Shown here: positions 48,537-57,042 of the stretch, one piece after another
Layout of the letters: each line of letters begins with the position of its first letter
Position numbering within the stretch: the first letter of the stretch is position 1
Assembly (NCBI GenBank): GCA_036396115.1
Contig: DASWLN010000168.1
Location: 3,362-67,361 of the forward strand
Origin: Candidatus Zixiibacteriota bacterium
Lineage (GTDB): Bacteria > Zixibacteria > MSB-5A5 > DASWLN01
Direction of reading: 5' to 3'
Length of the DNA: 64,000 nucleotides
The notes under the pieces: generated by a model
Databases searched by the model: none
Seen by the model: the letters and a program-made list of their open reading frames with translations, nothing else
Told to the model about the DNA's origin: nothing
Translations under genes and position numbers: made by a program

Positions 48537-49337
48537 ATGAAAGAAGTAACCTCAGAAATCGACGGATTGGTGGTTCGTTCTAGCGGGATATGGATTAAAC
48601 AAAAATATTACTACTTGAAAAGATACCTGGATATTTTTTCAAAAGGAATGAAGAATAGATGGAAAGGAAATTTAACTTATATTGATCTATTTGCTGGACC
48701 TGGGCGTTGTTTAATAGAATCTATTAAGGAAGAAGAAGACGGTTCTCCTTTAATAGCATTGCAGTACGATTTTAAGAAATACGTTTTTGTTGAAGAATCA
48801 AAAGAACTAATTGAGGCTTTGAAAACAAGATGTAAAAATTCCCCCAAGTTTAGCAGGATTGAATTTTTAGAAGGAGATTGCAATAATGTTGTTGATGAAA
48901 TTATTCCTCAGGTTGACCCAGCCGGTTTAAACCTTATTTTTATTGATCCTACCGGAATCGATATCCATTACAAGACCATTGAAAGAATTGTTAAAAACAA
49001 CCGATCTGATTTGTTAATTAATGTTCAGCTCGGGATGTATATCACTAGAAATTTTCTTGCCTATAAGAAAAAGGGTGATAATTCAAAACTGGGATTATTC
49101 TTAGGGGGTAACGTTGATTGGGATAAATTAAAGAATCCCCAGGATGCAGTTAAGTTGTATAAAGAGCGTATCAAGGGGCTGGGTTATCAGACAGTAGAAT
49201 TCAAAGACATTACTATTAAAAATACCCTAAATGCCCCGATGTACTTTTTATTATTTGCTTCAAAGAATCCAAAAGGCCTGCATTTTTGGAAAGAGATAAC
49301 TAAAAAAGATCATTCTGGGCAGTTCGAGTTGTTTTAG
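48537..49337 (+). CDS. tcmP: Three-Cys-motif partner protein TcmP (methyltransferase-like)
   Basis: K...L.RYL, YIDLFAGPG, DGSPLIAL, GDCN, FIDPTG, YFLLFASKNPKG. Confidence 0.82.
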   Translation: MKEVTSEIDGLVVRSSGIWIKQKYYYLKRYLDIFSKGMKNRWKGNLTYIDLFAGPGRCLIESIKEEEDGSPLIALQYDFKKYVFVEESKELIEALKTRCKNSPKFSRIEFLEGDCNNVVDEIIPQVDPAGLNLIFIDPTGIDIHYKTIERIVKNNRSDLLINVQLGMYITRNFLAYKKKGDNSKLGLFLGGNVDWDKLKNPQDAVKLYKERIKGLGYQTVEFKDITIKNTLNAPMYFLLFASKNPKGLHFWKEITKKDHSGQFELF

Positions 49338-49387
49338 CAAGAAAATTATCTTTCAGTATAATTCGTGGAAGATGGTATAATATAAAC

Positions 49388-50170
49388 ATGGAAAAAATTT
49401 ACCGTAAGTCTCTTTTGTACAAAAGTGAAGTCGAATACGCAGATTTTTGTTTGAATCATGTAGAAGGATGCTCCCATGGTTGCAAATATCCGTGCTATGC
49501 TTATATGATGAAAAAGAGGTGCGGGATTGTTAAAAGCTACGATGACTGGTGCAAACCAAAAATAGTAGGTAATGCGTTAGACCTCTTAGACAAAGAAATT
49601 CCTAAATATAAAAGCAAGATCAAATATGTGCACCTCTGTTTTTCTACTGATCCATTTATGTATAATCAAGAAGAAGTGAGCGATTTAAGCCTGAAAATAA
49701 TCGATAAGCTTAATTTAAACGGTATCCGTTGCACTGTTCTGACAAAAGGCGTTTTTCCTGAAGAAGTTGGTCATAAAACTGTTTTTAGCAAAAACAACGA
49801 ATATGGCATTACACTTGTTTCATTGGATGAAAATTTCAGAAAGAAATTTGAGCCAAATTCAGCCCCTTTTCGCAATAGAATTCGTTCGCTTGAGGATATA
49901 CACAAACAAGGTTTTAAGACCTGGGTGAGCATGGAACCATACCCTACTCCTAATTTGATTAAGCAAGATTTGCTTGAAATATTGGAAGCGGTGTCCTTTG
50001 TGGACCAGATTATCTTTGGCAGGTTGAATTACAGTGTGAAATCCTCGGAGTTTGGACATGCAAAGGAATTCTATAACAGTATGGCCTCGTCAGTGATTAA
50101 GTTTTGCAGGAAGCACAAGATCAAATACCATATTAAAGATGGAACCCAGAAGCTAAGTGGTGGACAATAG
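49388..50170 (+). CDS. Radical SAM protein, spore-photoproduct-lyase-like group
   Basis: NHVEGCSHGCKYPCYA, STDPF, VLTKG, FEPNSAP..RI, WVSMEP. Confidence 0.8.
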   Translation: MEKIYRKSLLYKSEVEYADFCLNHVEGCSHGCKYPCYAYMMKKRCGIVKSYDDWCKPKIVGNALDLLDKEIPKYKSKIKYVHLCFSTDPFMYNQEEVSDLSLKIIDKLNLNGIRCTVLTKGVFPEEVGHKTVFSKNNEYGITLVSLDENFRKKFEPNSAPFRNRIRSLEDIHKQGFKTWVSMEPYPTPNLIKQDLLEILEAVSFVDQIIFGRLNYSVKSSEFGHAKEFYNSMASSVIKFCRKHKIKYHIKDGTQKLSGGQ

Positions 50171-50336
50171 TCTCTTTTTAAGGCACTACTCGGCAGACAA
50201 AACAGGGATTGCTTCGCTAAAGCTCACAATGACAGCTGAATACTGCAACTTAGTACGCCACCAAAGTTTTAGCGAGTGAAGGGAAAAGGGACCTTACCCG
50301 ATGGGTGGGGTACACTTGTTATCATGGGAGAAAAAC

Positions 50337-51044
50337 ATGACTAGGGCAGATAAATTTTTGTCTCTTTTTAATCTTATTGAAAAAACCCTTCACAAAATAA
50401 GTCCTCGCGAGCCTGGTGAGGGTTTTAAGGAAATGATTAATCGTCTCAGCAAGTCTAACAAGATTATTTGCCAATATAAATATGATTTAAGGGACTACGC
50501 CGACCTTAGAAATGCAATAGTTCATCAGTTTACAGGGGAAGCCATCGCCGAACCGCACGAAGATGTTATTGCCAATCTACAAACAATCCATGATATTTTG
50601 GTTAGACCACCGACAGCCATTGAAATTTCCTCCAAACCTGTTTATTGTTGCGAAGCAAAGGATAAAATTGTTGATGTAGTAAAAACAATGACAGCCAAAG
50701 TTTACACCCATGTCCCCGTTTACGAAGATGATAGATTCGTTGGTGTTTTCTCCGAATCCAGTATTGCAAGGTGGTTAGGCGAAAATGCGGAGAAAGACGG
50801 ATTTCTTTTGAATGAAACGAGAGTTGGGGAACTAAAACAATTCTTTGAGAAAGATAATGACCCCTTCAATTCTTACAAATTTGTTTCAAAGGATATTGAC
50901 GTATTTACTATTATGGACTATTTCTTATCTTTTGTTAATGAAAATAAACGTTTAGGAGCTATTTTTGTAACGAATAGCGGCAGGAGCAGTGAAGGAATAT
51001 TAGGAATTATTACATCATGGGATTTACCAAGAATTGATAAATAG
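50337..51044 (+). CDS. HEPN-like + CBS-pair domain protein
   Basis: FL..FN.IE, LRNAIVH (RX4H), then CBS motifs YTHVPVY..GVFS and GIITSWDL; GGAG RBS before ATG 50337. Confidence 0.75.
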   Translation: MTRADKFLSLFNLIEKTLHKISPREPGEGFKEMINRLSKSNKIICQYKYDLRDYADLRNAIVHQFTGEAIAEPHEDVIANLQTIHDILVRPPTAIEISSKPVYCCEAKDKIVDVVKTMTAKVYTHVPVYEDDRFVGVFSESSIARWLGENAEKDGFLLNETRVGELKQFFEKDNDPFNSYKFVSKDIDVFTIMDYFLSFVNENKRLGAIFVTNSGRSSEGILGIITSWDLPRIDK

Positions 51045-51097
51045 AAGAGAAAAGGTACTATATTCATCGGGGCTCAGTAATACTTACCACCCCACCG

Positions 51098-51324
51098 GCA
51101 GGTGGCCCACAGCCCTGCTGTGGGAGAGTTGCGGAACGGTCTCGTGGAACATCCCGCTGAAAGCGTGGAGCCGTTCCCTACAGAGAAGGTTGCGTGGGTG
51201 ATTTTAGGGTAGGGAACAGGCATGCCTGTTCCGTACAAAACGGCCGCGTGGATGATTGTGATGTAGGGACAGGTCACGTGGATGATTTTAGCGTAGGGAA
51301 CAGTCGCGACTGTTCCCTACAAAA
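51098..51324 (+). repeat. Island REP block 5
   Basis: Leader hairpin, GGAACATCCCGCTGAAAGCGTGG unit, 30-nt GTGGATGATT units, GTAGGGAACAGTCGCGACTGTTCCCTAC. Confidence 0.88.
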
Positions 51325-51345
51325 AGATGAAGGCGATGTTTGTGT

Positions 51346-52629
51346 ATGAAAGTCAATACAAAACCGGATAAACTATGGGATGTGGTGGTGATTGGTGGTG
51401 GGCCGGCGGGGATGATGGCAGCGGGGAGGGCGGCTGAGTTGGGTCGCTCGGTTTTGCTCGTCGAGAAAAACGCAATTCTTGGCAAAAAGCTTCTCCTTAC
51501 CGGCGGCGGACGGTGTAATCTTTCCAATAATAAACCAGAACTTCGCACGATGCTGGCAAAATACAAAGGCGTTGACCAATTTCTTTTCTCCGCTTTTTCA
51601 CAGTTCGGCGTAGAAGATACGCTTGAGTTTTTTAAGCGGCAAGGGATGGCGACCAAGGAGGAAGCGGAGGGGAGGATTTTCCCTGTTTCAAATAAAGCGC
51701 AAACAGTGTTGGACGTACTGGTGAGCTATATGAAAGAGGGCGGTGTTGAATTACGAACCAACTCTGTAGTTACAAGGCTTTGGGTTGATGCTTCCAATAC
51801 CGCCACACAGCACATCCGTATCCGACTTAAGGACAAAACAGAGTTGTTGGCGCAATCCTGCGTTGTTGCCAGCGGAGGCACGGCACGTCCGGCAACCGGT
51901 TCAACTGGGGATGGATTTGCGTGGCTTAAAAAAATCGGCCACACCATCATCCAGGACGACGTTGCGCTTGTGCCCGTCGCGCTTAAAGATGCGTGGGCAA
52001 AGAAACTGAGCGGAGTAACGCTTATAGATATTAAGCTCACCACTTTTCAAAACAAAGAGAAACAGGAAGTTGGGAAAGGTGAACTGCTCTTTACGCACTT
52101 TGGCATCAGCGGGCCAACAGTTTTAGATATGAGTAAAGAAATAGGAGAACTTTTAAAATACGGCGAAGTTACCATCATGCTAGATATATTTCCGAAACTT
52201 GATCACGGCGCGCTCAGGGATAAACTGCAGACGCTTTTGAATAGCCAGAGTAACAAGAAGTTAAAAAATACGATGAATAAGCTCGTCCCTTTAGCGCTTG
52301 TGCCGGCGATACTCCGACTGACTGGTGTAGATGGCCAGTTACCCAGTCATAGCCTGAGGCGCGAGCATAGGATAAAATTGGTTAGTGTGATGAAGGCCAT
52401 CCCGCTTAATGTCAAGGGTTTGCTTGGTGCGGATAAAGCGATTGTCTGTTCTGGTGGCGTAGCGCTCGAAGAAGTAGATTTCAGAACCATGCAGTCGCGC
52501 CTGGTACCAAATTTATATATTGTGGGCGATTTACTGAACATCGATCGCCCCTCAGGAGGCTATAGCCTCCAGCTCTGTTGGACAACCGGCTTTGTGGCGG
52601 GGAGCAATACGGAACGGTCGCGTGGATGA
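51346..52629 (+). CDS. HI0933/BaiN-family flavoprotein
   Basis: VIGGGPAGMMAA, GKKLLLTGGGRCN, GSTGDG, LFTHFGISGP, SGGYSLQ; stop codon supplied by REP block 6. Confidence 0.92.
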   Translation: MKVNTKPDKLWDVVVIGGGPAGMMAAGRAAELGRSVLLVEKNAILGKKLLLTGGGRCNLSNNKPELRTMLAKYKGVDQFLFSAFSQFGVEDTLEFFKRQGMATKEEAEGRIFPVSNKAQTVLDVLVSYMKEGGVELRTNSVVTRLWVDASNTATQHIRIRLKDKTELLAQSCVVASGGTARPATGSTGDGFAWLKKIGHTIIQDDVALVPVALKDAWAKKLSGVTLIDIKLTTFQNKEKQEVGKGELLFTHFGISGPTVLDMSKEIGELLKYGEVTIMLDIFPKLDHGALRDKLQTLLNSQSNKKLKNTMNKLVPLALVPAILRLTGVDGQLPSHSLRREHRIKLVSVMKAIPLNVKGLLGADKAIVCSGGVALEEVDFRTMQSRLVPNLYIVGDLLNIDRPSGGYSLQLCWTTGFVAGSNTERSRG

Positions 52630-52790
52630 TTGTGATGTACGGACAGGTCGCGACCTGTCCCTACAAAAACGGCCGCGTGGTTGATTGTGACGTTAGGAAC
52701 GGTCGCGTGGATGATTTTGGCGTAGGGAACAGGCATGCCTGTTCCCTACTTGAGAGCGTGGAACCGTTCCCTACAGAAACACCAATATCA
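52608..52790 (+). repeat. Island REP block 6
   Basis: 30-nt half-REP units and full REPs ending ACAGAAACACCAATATCA. Confidence 0.88.
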
Positions 52791-52807
52791 AAAAATGCCA
52801 ATCAACA

Positions 52808-52969
52808 ATGCGAAATAGAAAACCAAACCGTTTGAAGGGGTATGATTATTCGCAAAGTGGTGTGTATTTTGTAACCGTGTGTGCACAAAACCGCATTGAA
52901 TGGTTTGGTGAAATCGAAAACGGGGAAATGGCCTTATGCCTGGAAAAAGAAGAATCTGGATGTATATAA
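52808..52969 (+). pseudogene. N-terminal fragment of a REP-associated tyrosine transposase (RAYT, IS200-like Y1)
   Basis: MRNRKPNRLKGYDYSQSGVYFVTVCAQNRIEWFGEIENGEM, then similarity is lost; not in the ORF track. Confidence 0.85.
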
Positions 52970-52987
52970 TCGGTTAGGGAAAGAAAA

Positions 52988-53581
52988 ATGATAATCCGTT
53001 GCACGGCAAGATTTTTAAAAGAAATGGGATTAACCAAGGCCGATCTCACCAGCAACACTTCAGAAGAATCAGAGTTGGGCGAGTGGTATACTAATCTGTT
53101 TTTTGTCGAACGTAAGAAATGTGTGATTTTTACTAATGCCCGAACTTTATTTACGTTCATATGGTTTGATGTTGATAGATCAGAGATCAGGAATCTTGGT
53201 AAGCTTTTCCGCATTGGTTTCGGCAAGGCCCTATTGGATGAAGATTTCGATGGTGCGTTGATACAGCATCTCGTTAACGAGTGCCGAGATATACGATTTG
53301 CCAAAACACAAGACAGAAGCGTACTCGGCGTTATGGTGGATCACGTCAAGAACACAAAATGGATGGTCATACGCGATGGCGGATTAGAAAAATCCGATTT
53401 CTCTGAAATAATAAAACAACTTAATCGCACACCGCTTTTAACGAAAGACTTTACTTATTCTATTGAGGAGCTTGGGAAGGTTTTGGGAGTTGCTGTAGAT
53501 ACGAAACTTAATTTTAATCCGTCTAATACGTTTTTGTCATCAAGCGCGCCCGAAATAAGGGACAATAAGGAACAGGCTTAA
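52988..53581 (+). CDS. DUF6933-like hypothetical protein
   Basis: MIIRCT, LGEWYTNLFFVERKKCVIFTNARTLF, KTQDRSVLGVM, LNRTP. Confidence 0.7.
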   Translation: MIIRCTARFLKEMGLTKADLTSNTSEESELGEWYTNLFFVERKKCVIFTNARTLFTFIWFDVDRSEIRNLGKLFRIGFGKALLDEDFDGALIQHLVNECRDIRFAKTQDRSVLGVMVDHVKNTKWMVIRDGGLEKSDFSEIIKQLNRTPLLTKDFTYSIEELGKVLGVAVDTKLNFNPSNTFLSSSAPEIRDNKEQA

Positions 53582-53590
53582 GAGACAATA

Positions 53591-53768
53591 TGGTTGATTG
53601 TGACGTACGGAACGGTCTCGTGGAACATCCCGCTGAAAGCGTGGAACCGTTCCCTACAAAAACGGCCGCGTGGATGATTGTGACGTACGGAACGGCCGCG
53701 TGGATGATTGTGACATGTGGAACGGTCGCGTGGAACATCCCGCTAACAGCGTGGAACCGTTCCCTACG
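53591..53768 (+). repeat. Island REP block 7 with 30-nt tandem units
   Basis: AACGGCCGCGTGGATGATTGTGAC tandem between two GGAACATCCCGCT..GCGTGGAACCGTTCCCTAC units. Confidence 0.88.
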
Positions 53769-53797
53769 AAAACCGAATATACCTCGAGGAGGTTTGA

Positions 53798-54847
53798 GTG
53801 CCATTTAACCCGAAATTCACTATTACCGCGAAAATCAACAAGGCGCTGGTAGAAATTGAACGGGTGCGGGGGTTCTTAGATGCGTTGAAGCTCAAGGATG
53901 ACTGGTTTATTGATATGCAACAAAAAGCATTAATCTTAGAGTCGCACCATTCCACGCATATTGAAGGCACAGCCTTAAGCTTGCAGCAAGCCAAGTCCAT
54001 CCTGGAAGGCAAAAAGGCCAATGGTGTCAGGGCTGACGATAAAAGGGAACTTACAAATTACAAGAAGGCCATGGATTTGGTTTCAAGATATCTTGGCAAG
54101 GATGATCCAATCACCGAAAGCGCTATCTCTGGGCTTCACAAAGTTACTGTGAAAAGCGTCCGTGGCGGACAGGCAGACCCGGGCAATTACCGGAAAATCC
54201 AGAATTATGTGGTCAATTCCCGCACCCGGAAAGTAATTTACACCCCGCCGGGTCCGCTTACGGTCCCGCTTCTCATGCGCGAGTTTGTAGATTGGCTCAA
54301 CAAAACCGAGGAGGTGTCGCCGATTCTTGTTGCCGGCATAGCGCAGTTTCAGTTTGTGCATATTCATCCCTTTGTTGACGGCAATGGCCGGATGGCCCGG
54401 CTTCTCTCAACTTTAATCCTTTACAAAACCGGCTATGACTTCAAGCGGTTATTTACCATCTCGGAGTATTACGACAAAGACCGTCCAAGCTACTATAAGG
54501 CCATCCAGTCAGTGCGTGAGGGCAATATGGACATGACCGGCTGGCTGGAGTACTTCGTTTGTGGCCTGCGTTCGCAGATGGAAGAAATCCAAGCTAAAGG
54601 CCAGCAGTTAATTAAACAAGATGTCAAACTTCAGAAGATTAAAAAACTTGGGATTGGCCTGCGTCAGGAAAAGGCGGTCAAGCATCTAATTATTAAAGGT
54701 ACGATTACGGTTAATGAATATCAGGAGATTGCCTCATGTGTCCGACGGACAGCCCAGAGAGATTTGGAAGATTTAGTTGACAAAGGCATCATCCAAGCCG
54801 TGGCCAAGAGCGCTACCGATCCCACAAAGTATTACGTTTTACTGTGA
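53798..54847 (+). CDS. Fic family protein with inhibitory helix and C-terminal HTH
   Basis: HPFVDGNGRMAR; STHIEG inhibitory motif; RRTAQRDLEDLV; GGAGGT RBS. Confidence 0.93.
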   Translation: MPFNPKFTITAKINKALVEIERVRGFLDALKLKDDWFIDMQQKALILESHHSTHIEGTALSLQQAKSILEGKKANGVRADDKRELTNYKKAMDLVSRYLGKDDPITESAISGLHKVTVKSVRGGQADPGNYRKIQNYVVNSRTRKVIYTPPGPLTVPLLMREFVDWLNKTEEVSPILVAGIAQFQFVHIHPFVDGNGRMARLLSTLILYKTGYDFKRLFTISEYYDKDRPSYYKAIQSVREGNMDMTGWLEYFVCGLRSQMEEIQAKGQQLIKQDVKLQKIKKLGIGLRQEKAVKHLIIKGTITVNEYQEIASCVRRTAQRDLEDLVDKGIIQAVAKSATDPTKYYVLL

Positions 54848-55058
54848 CACGTTACTGTGACATACTGTGACATGCTACTGTGACATACGGAACGGTCTCG
54901 TGGTTGATTTTAGCGTAGGGAACAGGCATGCCTGTTCCCTACAAAAACGGACGCGGGGATGATTGTGACATACGGAATGGTCGCGTGGATGATTGTGATG
55001 TAGGGACAGGTCGCGTGGATGATTGTCGCGTAGGGAATGGTCGCGACCATTCCCTACA
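54841..55058 (+). repeat. ACTGTGACA x4 tandem merging into island REP block 8
   Basis: Seen directly; the later units read in frame into the RAYT C-terminal fragment. Confidence 0.85.
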
Positions 55059-55275
55059 AAAGATAAAATCATTATCGGAATTGGTCGGTGCATTCAAAAC
55101 AACGTCATCAAAGCATATTCGTCAATTGTGTTTGCCTGAGTTTGGATAGCAACGGTCATTCTACGACCATGTAATACGTGATGAGAAATCATTATGTGAT
55201 GTCTAGATTTACATACAAAATAACCCACCAGGCTGGGATTTAGATAGAAATAATACGGAGAATTTGTTTATGTGA
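55030..55275 (+). pseudogene. C-terminal fragment of RAYT with two nonsense codons
   Basis: VGNGRDHSLQKIKSLSELVGAFKTTSSKHI...FG*QRSFYDHVIRDEKSLCDV*IYIQNNP..W; TAG at the conserved Trp of WQR. Confidence 0.88.
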
Positions 55276-55332
55276 TTCATTTTGTGCTGTCACTAAATAT
55301 AGGATCATAGTATAATCTATAGGAGGGCGAAG

Positions 55333-55641
55333 ATGGAGCTAGCACTTAAGATTATAGGGATGTTTTTGGGGGTTTTGGCCCGGACTTATGTCCCTTACTT
55401 ACGAAAACTAAAAGAGGGGAAGGAAACCAAGTTCAAAAAATGTTATACTCTCTCAACAGTGGCGTCGCTTGTTTTGGGTTTGATCATAACTTTACTTGTC
55501 TTTCCGCAATTTGATATTGCCAAAGCGGGCGTTGGCCTGGAAGCTTCCATCAAGTTATTCTGTCTTGCCTTTGGTTTCGGTTTTGGATGGAATAGCATAG
55601 TTTCGGAGACGATCAAATGGACAACAGGAGGCAAAAATTAG
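55333..55641 (+). CDS. Small 2-3 TM membrane protein
   Basis: AGGAGG RBS; TATAAT upstream; hydrophobic segments. Confidence 0.7.
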   Translation: MELALKIIGMFLGVLARTYVPYLRKLKEGKETKFKKCYTLSTVASLVLGLIITLLVFPQFDIAKAGVGLEASIKLFCLAFGFGFGWNSIVSETIKWTTGGKN

Positions 55642-55821
55642 ATCGCCACGAGGAGGTTGTGCTCTCAAATCCTCGAAAACCGATTGGTGATAGATTTCTC
55701 TTGACTTAACTTATTGTTTCTGTAAATTGGAGTAAATAATTTTCTAAACCCTAGGATGATGAATGGGAGATAGTCCTGTTTCGATTGTAGTCCTTTTGGG
55801 AAGGGGCAAGAAATAATAATC

Positions 55822-55858
55822 AAATCACCTTGAGAATTAAAGGTGATTTTTTCTTTTT
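55822..55858 (+). terminator. Intrinsic-terminator-like hairpin immediately upstream of the membrane-module operon
   Basis: AAATCACCTT-8 nt loop-AAGGTGATTT followed by TTTCTTTTT. Confidence 0.55.
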
Positions 55859-55863
55859 AAAAT

Positions 55864-57024
55864 ATGGTGCTTTCAAAGAAAATGAACTTTCTGTTTATCC
55901 TCATAATATTCGCATCTTCTTGTTCACTTGTGTGGGCAGACCAGCCTCCAATCCCACCAACTGAAGTTAAGGGCTCTGATACAAAAAACGATGCCGGTGG
56001 AAGCATAACTCTCAGCTGGAAGAGGTCGCCAGATGATGGGGCGGGGAAAAACAATATTGTCTCTTATAAGGTATTAAGGTCAAGCCAAGAAGAAGGATTC
56101 TACATCTTGATAAGTGATGTGACCGCTGGCGCAGAACAGTTTCTGGATAACAATGCCAAAGATGGGATAAAATATTTTTACAAGATAAAAGCTATAAGCA
56201 ATGAAGGTTTTTCTTTGTCCTTGCCCAGCCCAGCCATCGTGTCCAAGGCACAGTGGTTCGATACAACAAAGATCTATATACTGGCGATGTCGGTAATTCT
56301 CTTTTCGGCTATTCTTTATTTCATATCTAAAGCTAAATCGGGTAAGGAGCTTTTCATTCGCAAGATCGCCGGCTTAGACGCGGTGGATGAGGCGGTAGGT
56401 CGCGCTACGGAAATGGGGCGCAAGATAATTTACATTCCCGGAATCAATGACCTGGATGACATCCAAACTATAGCAGGTATAACCATTTTGGGTCGGGTGG
56501 CGAAATTAGTGGCTGAATATGAAGCTAAGCTTGAAGTTCCGGTTAGCCGTTCTATGGTTATGGTATCCTGTCGTGAAACAGTTAAGGAAGCATATATTAA
56601 CGCTGGTCGCCCGGATGCCTACAGCGATGATATGGTGCATTACCTGACGGATGACCAGTTTGCTTATGCGGCGGCATGCGATGGTATTTTCGTTAGAGAA
56701 AAACCGGCCGCTATATTTTTGATGGGAACTTTTTTTGCTGAATCTTTGGTCTTGGCTGAGACCGGAAACTCGGTGGGTGCAATTCAGATTGCAGGAACTG
56801 CCCGGCCTGCACAATTGCCATTCTTTGTGGCGGCTTGCGATTACACTTTAATCGGAGAGGAGCTTTTTGCTGCTTCCGCCTATCTTTCCAAAGACCCGAA
56901 GCTTTTGGGGAGCCTGAGGGGGCAGGATGTGGGGAAAGTGTTGTTCTTGCTTGGAATTTTGGTAGGGACGATCCTGATCTCTTTTAATATTTTGGATATA
57001 AGTTTTATCTTTAATGTAAGGTGA
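55864..57024 (+). CDS. Module protein A1: signal peptide + Fn3-like domain + TM + DUF6754-like domain
   Basis: ITLSWKRS..YKVLRS..YFYKIKA; IAGLDAVDEAVGRATEMGR; QLPFFVAACDYTLIGEELFAASAYLS. Confidence 0.8.
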   Translation: MVLSKKMNFLFILIIFASSCSLVWADQPPIPPTEVKGSDTKNDAGGSITLSWKRSPDDGAGKNNIVSYKVLRSSQEEGFYILISDVTAGAEQFLDNNAKDGIKYFYKIKAISNEGFSLSLPSPAIVSKAQWFDTTKIYILAMSVILFSAILYFISKAKSGKELFIRKIAGLDAVDEAVGRATEMGRKIIYIPGINDLDDIQTIAGITILGRVAKLVAEYEAKLEVPVSRSMVMVSCRETVKEAYINAGRPDAYSDDMVHYLTDDQFAYAAACDGIFVREKPAAIFLMGTFFAESLVLAETGNSVGAIQIAGTARPAQLPFFVAACDYTLIGEELFAASAYLSKDPKLLGSLRGQDVGKVLFLLGILVGTILISFNILDISFIFNVR

Positions 57025-57042
57025 ATTGGGAGTTAGCCTAAA

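Noticed and set aside
53591-55058. 30-nt periodic repeats as a CRISPR array
   Set aside because: Units are tandem or near-identical with no unique spacers, are built from half-REPs, and no cas genes are present
55147-55207. In-frame TAG codons in RAYT as pyrrolysine or stop-codon recoding
   Set aside because: Many intact genes here end in TAG, one TAG replaces a conserved Trp by a single change, and the gene is also split
39657-55275. Classical integron with attC sites
   Set aside because: No IntI tyrosine recombinase in the window and the boundaries are GTAG-type REPs, not RYYYAAC..GTTRRRY attC sites
55333-55641. Holin or prophage remnant
   Set aside because: Only size and hydrophobicity fit; no other phage genes nearby
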